Positions 62,586 to 64,000 of a stretch of 64,000 nt of DNA are shown here, one piece after another. A program made the position numbers and the translations under genes. Numbering within the stretch: the first letter of the stretch is position 1; each line of letters begins with the position of its first letter. Origin of the DNA: Methanotrichaceae archaeon (GTDB lineage: Archaea > Halobacteriota > Methanosarcinia > Methanotrichales > Methanotrichaceae). The notes below the pieces were generated by a model. The model was not told where the DNA came from, did not search any database, and worked only from the letters and a program-made list of their open reading frames with translations. The stretch lies in the NCBI GenBank assembly GCA_963803145.1, contig CAWDLW010000012.1, forward strand, positions 64,001 to 128,000, read 5' to 3'.

Positions 62586-62774
62586 ATGAAGCTGGGAGAA
62601 ATCGAGAACGTCGCGGAAAGGGAGACACTCATTGAACCGCTTTATAAGAGAATCGATAAGCATGGACGCATTTATATAGATGTGGGCCTCGCGAACCAAG
62701 AAGCACTTATCTTGGTAGTGAAGCCAATCCCGAAAGACAAAATAGACTTCATCCGCGTGGGAAGGAGATCTTAA
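62586..62774 (+). CDS. Small AbrB/MazE-like (swapped-hairpin) DNA-binding protein
   Basis: KRIDKHGRIYI...EALILVV pattern; 62 aa from ATG 62586. Confidence 0.5.
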   Translation: MKLGEIENVAERETLIEPLYKRIDKHGRIYIDVGLANQEALILVVKPIPKDKIDFIRVGRRS

Positions 62775-63068
62775 ATCTCCTTGGATAATAGTATTAATAA
62801 AAATAGTGTCTATAGTAATCTACCTAATTTATGTTGATGGAATAAGAGCTATAACATTCCTTGGCAGATCCTCTATTGTTTAGAGATAATTGGTCAAATC
62901 AACCGCCATGGCTGGAGATCTCTTTTGCCATTTCCGTTTGCCACTCAGTTTGCAGTGAAGCTATTGATCTCTTCCTCTATCTCATCTCTGTCGCTGATAT
63001 TAATAAAGCAATTCGAATTAGGGTCCGAAAAAGATTATAAATATCAAGATTAAGAGTGGTTATGTACA

Positions 63069-63169
63069 GGCTTAGGTGAATATCCCGCGCGAAGGGAACT
63101 GAAAGGTATTGTAATACAGCTTGGCAATGAGCATCGCAGAAGACATCCCGATGAAAAGGGAACTTGAAT
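63069..63169 (+). ncRNA. Degenerate single-spacer CRISPR mini-array (candidate CreA/CreR-like regulatory RNA)
   Basis: Pseudo-repeat 1 ends AAGGGAACTGAAAG (63105); 27-nt spacer 63106-63132; pseudo-repeat 2 ATCGCAGAAGACATCCCGATGAAAAGGGAACT from 63133; BRE/TATA at about 63025-63042; T-tract at 63187-63197. Confidence 0.8.
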
Positions 63170-63269
63170 ATTAAAGTAGCAAAAACTTTTTATTTTTAAT
63201 CATTAATTACACGGGTTAAAATGGTTGAGTAGAAAGCCTTAAATTCTAACCCTGTATTATAAGTTATCT

Positions 63270-63419
63270 ATGCAATATACAGCGAAGAAGGATACAGGCC
63301 CGATAATGGGGTGGGATGATTGGGTTAACCCAAGACCCAACTGGATTTACCAAGCGAATATCATTCCCGTAAATGATGTAATCTTCTACGATTATGCCAT
63401 ACATCGAAATGGGAGGTAA
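63270..63419 (+). CDS. Putative 49-aa leaderless small protein (candidate CRISPR-repressed toxin)
   Basis: MQYTAKKDTGPIMGWDDWVNPRPNWIYQANIIPVNDVIFYDYAIHRNGR; GAAAGCCTTAAAT BRE/TATA-like box about 26 bp upstream; no family recognised. Confidence 0.35.
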   Translation: MQYTAKKDTGPIMGWDDWVNPRPNWIYQANIIPVNDVIFYDYAIHRNGR

Positions 63420-63510
63420 TGGCCTAGAATCATCAATATCTATACTTAGATATTTCTTTCATCTTATGGGAAAGATTTAACATATAATAGGGTTACTGGA
63501 GAGCTAAAGT

Positions 63511-64000
63511 ATGGATGTGGGATCAGGGGTTAAGGACATTAGTGTAAATGAATATAAAAATTTTTTCCAAAAAGCTACAAAGTATGAACCATATCCGTAT
63601 CAAGAAAGTGTTTTTTCTAAAATTTCTAAAGGGGAATCTGTAGTTCTCCGTGCCCCAACAGGGTCAGGGAAAACCCTTGCAGTTTTGATGCCTTTCCTAT
63701 ATTATAGCAGCCTAAACGAGCGATTAATCGATAGAGTTATCTATGTGCTACCTATGAGAGCCCTGGCATTCGATCTCTGTAACTCAACAATAAAGACCGC
63801 CGAAAGCGCAGGGTTCAAGGTAATAAAAAATCCTGAAAAAAGGAGTAATCAAGAGAAAGAGATCTGCATCACAATACAAACAGGAGAACGTCAGAACGAC
63901 CACTTTTTTGAGGGCGATATAATCTTCACAACAATAGATCAGCTATTATCAAGTTATCTAACTATACCTGTATCTCTGCCTAACAGACTTGGCAATATCA
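63511..64000 (+). CDS. cas3: Cas3' helicase, 5' part (runs off window)
   Basis: PYPYQ, APTGSGKT, YVLPMRAL, QTGE, FTTIDQ; no N-terminal HD domain. Confidence 0.88.
   Translation, partial: MDVGSGVKDISVNEYKNFFQKATKYEPYPYQESVFSKISKGESVVLRAPTGSGKTLAVLMPFLYYSSLNERLIDRVIYVLPMRALAFDLCNSTIKTAESAGFKVIKNPEKRSNQEKEICITIQTGERQNDHFFEGDIIFTTIDQLLSSYLTIPVSLPNRLGNI

Noticed and set aside
62780-63000. Possible HEPN-domain remnant on the minus strand
   Set aside because: Only scattered fragments across frames; cannot be supported without a search
1-64000. tRNA or rRNA genes
   Set aside because: None recognised by eye; tRNAscan-SE was not run

Overview
Archaeal DNA from a methanogen (Methanothrix/Methanotrichales-like, inferred from MCM-DUF424-NMD3-dnaG-pth2-truD, methanogenesis marker 11 and DUF11 surface proteins). 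In order: (1) an AT-rich three-gene Lamassu/ABC-three-component defence operon cut by an IS5 element; (2) a core housekeeping block including an intein-containing MCM; (3) a divergent cluster of secreted pilin-like subunits, two chaperone-like proteins and a giant DUF11 protein; (4) an 8 kb island (29.8-37.9 kb) where toxin-antitoxin pairs and five acylphosphatase-coiled-coil paralogs alternate with a repeat derived from an IS200/IS605 left end plus the 5' part of tnpA; (5) a 9-PAS two-component locus, IS256, speA, IS630 and a Ca/H antiporter; (6) a type I-A-like CRISPR-Cas locus (19 repeats, csa1, cas4, cas2, cas1, start of cas3'). The best novel candidate is a one-spacer degenerate mini-array upstream of cas3'. 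Its 27-nt spacer partially matches a CCT-flanked site over a promoter and small ORF about 120 bp downstream, a CreTA/CreR-like arrangement. All family assignments come from motif recognition by eye, not database searches.
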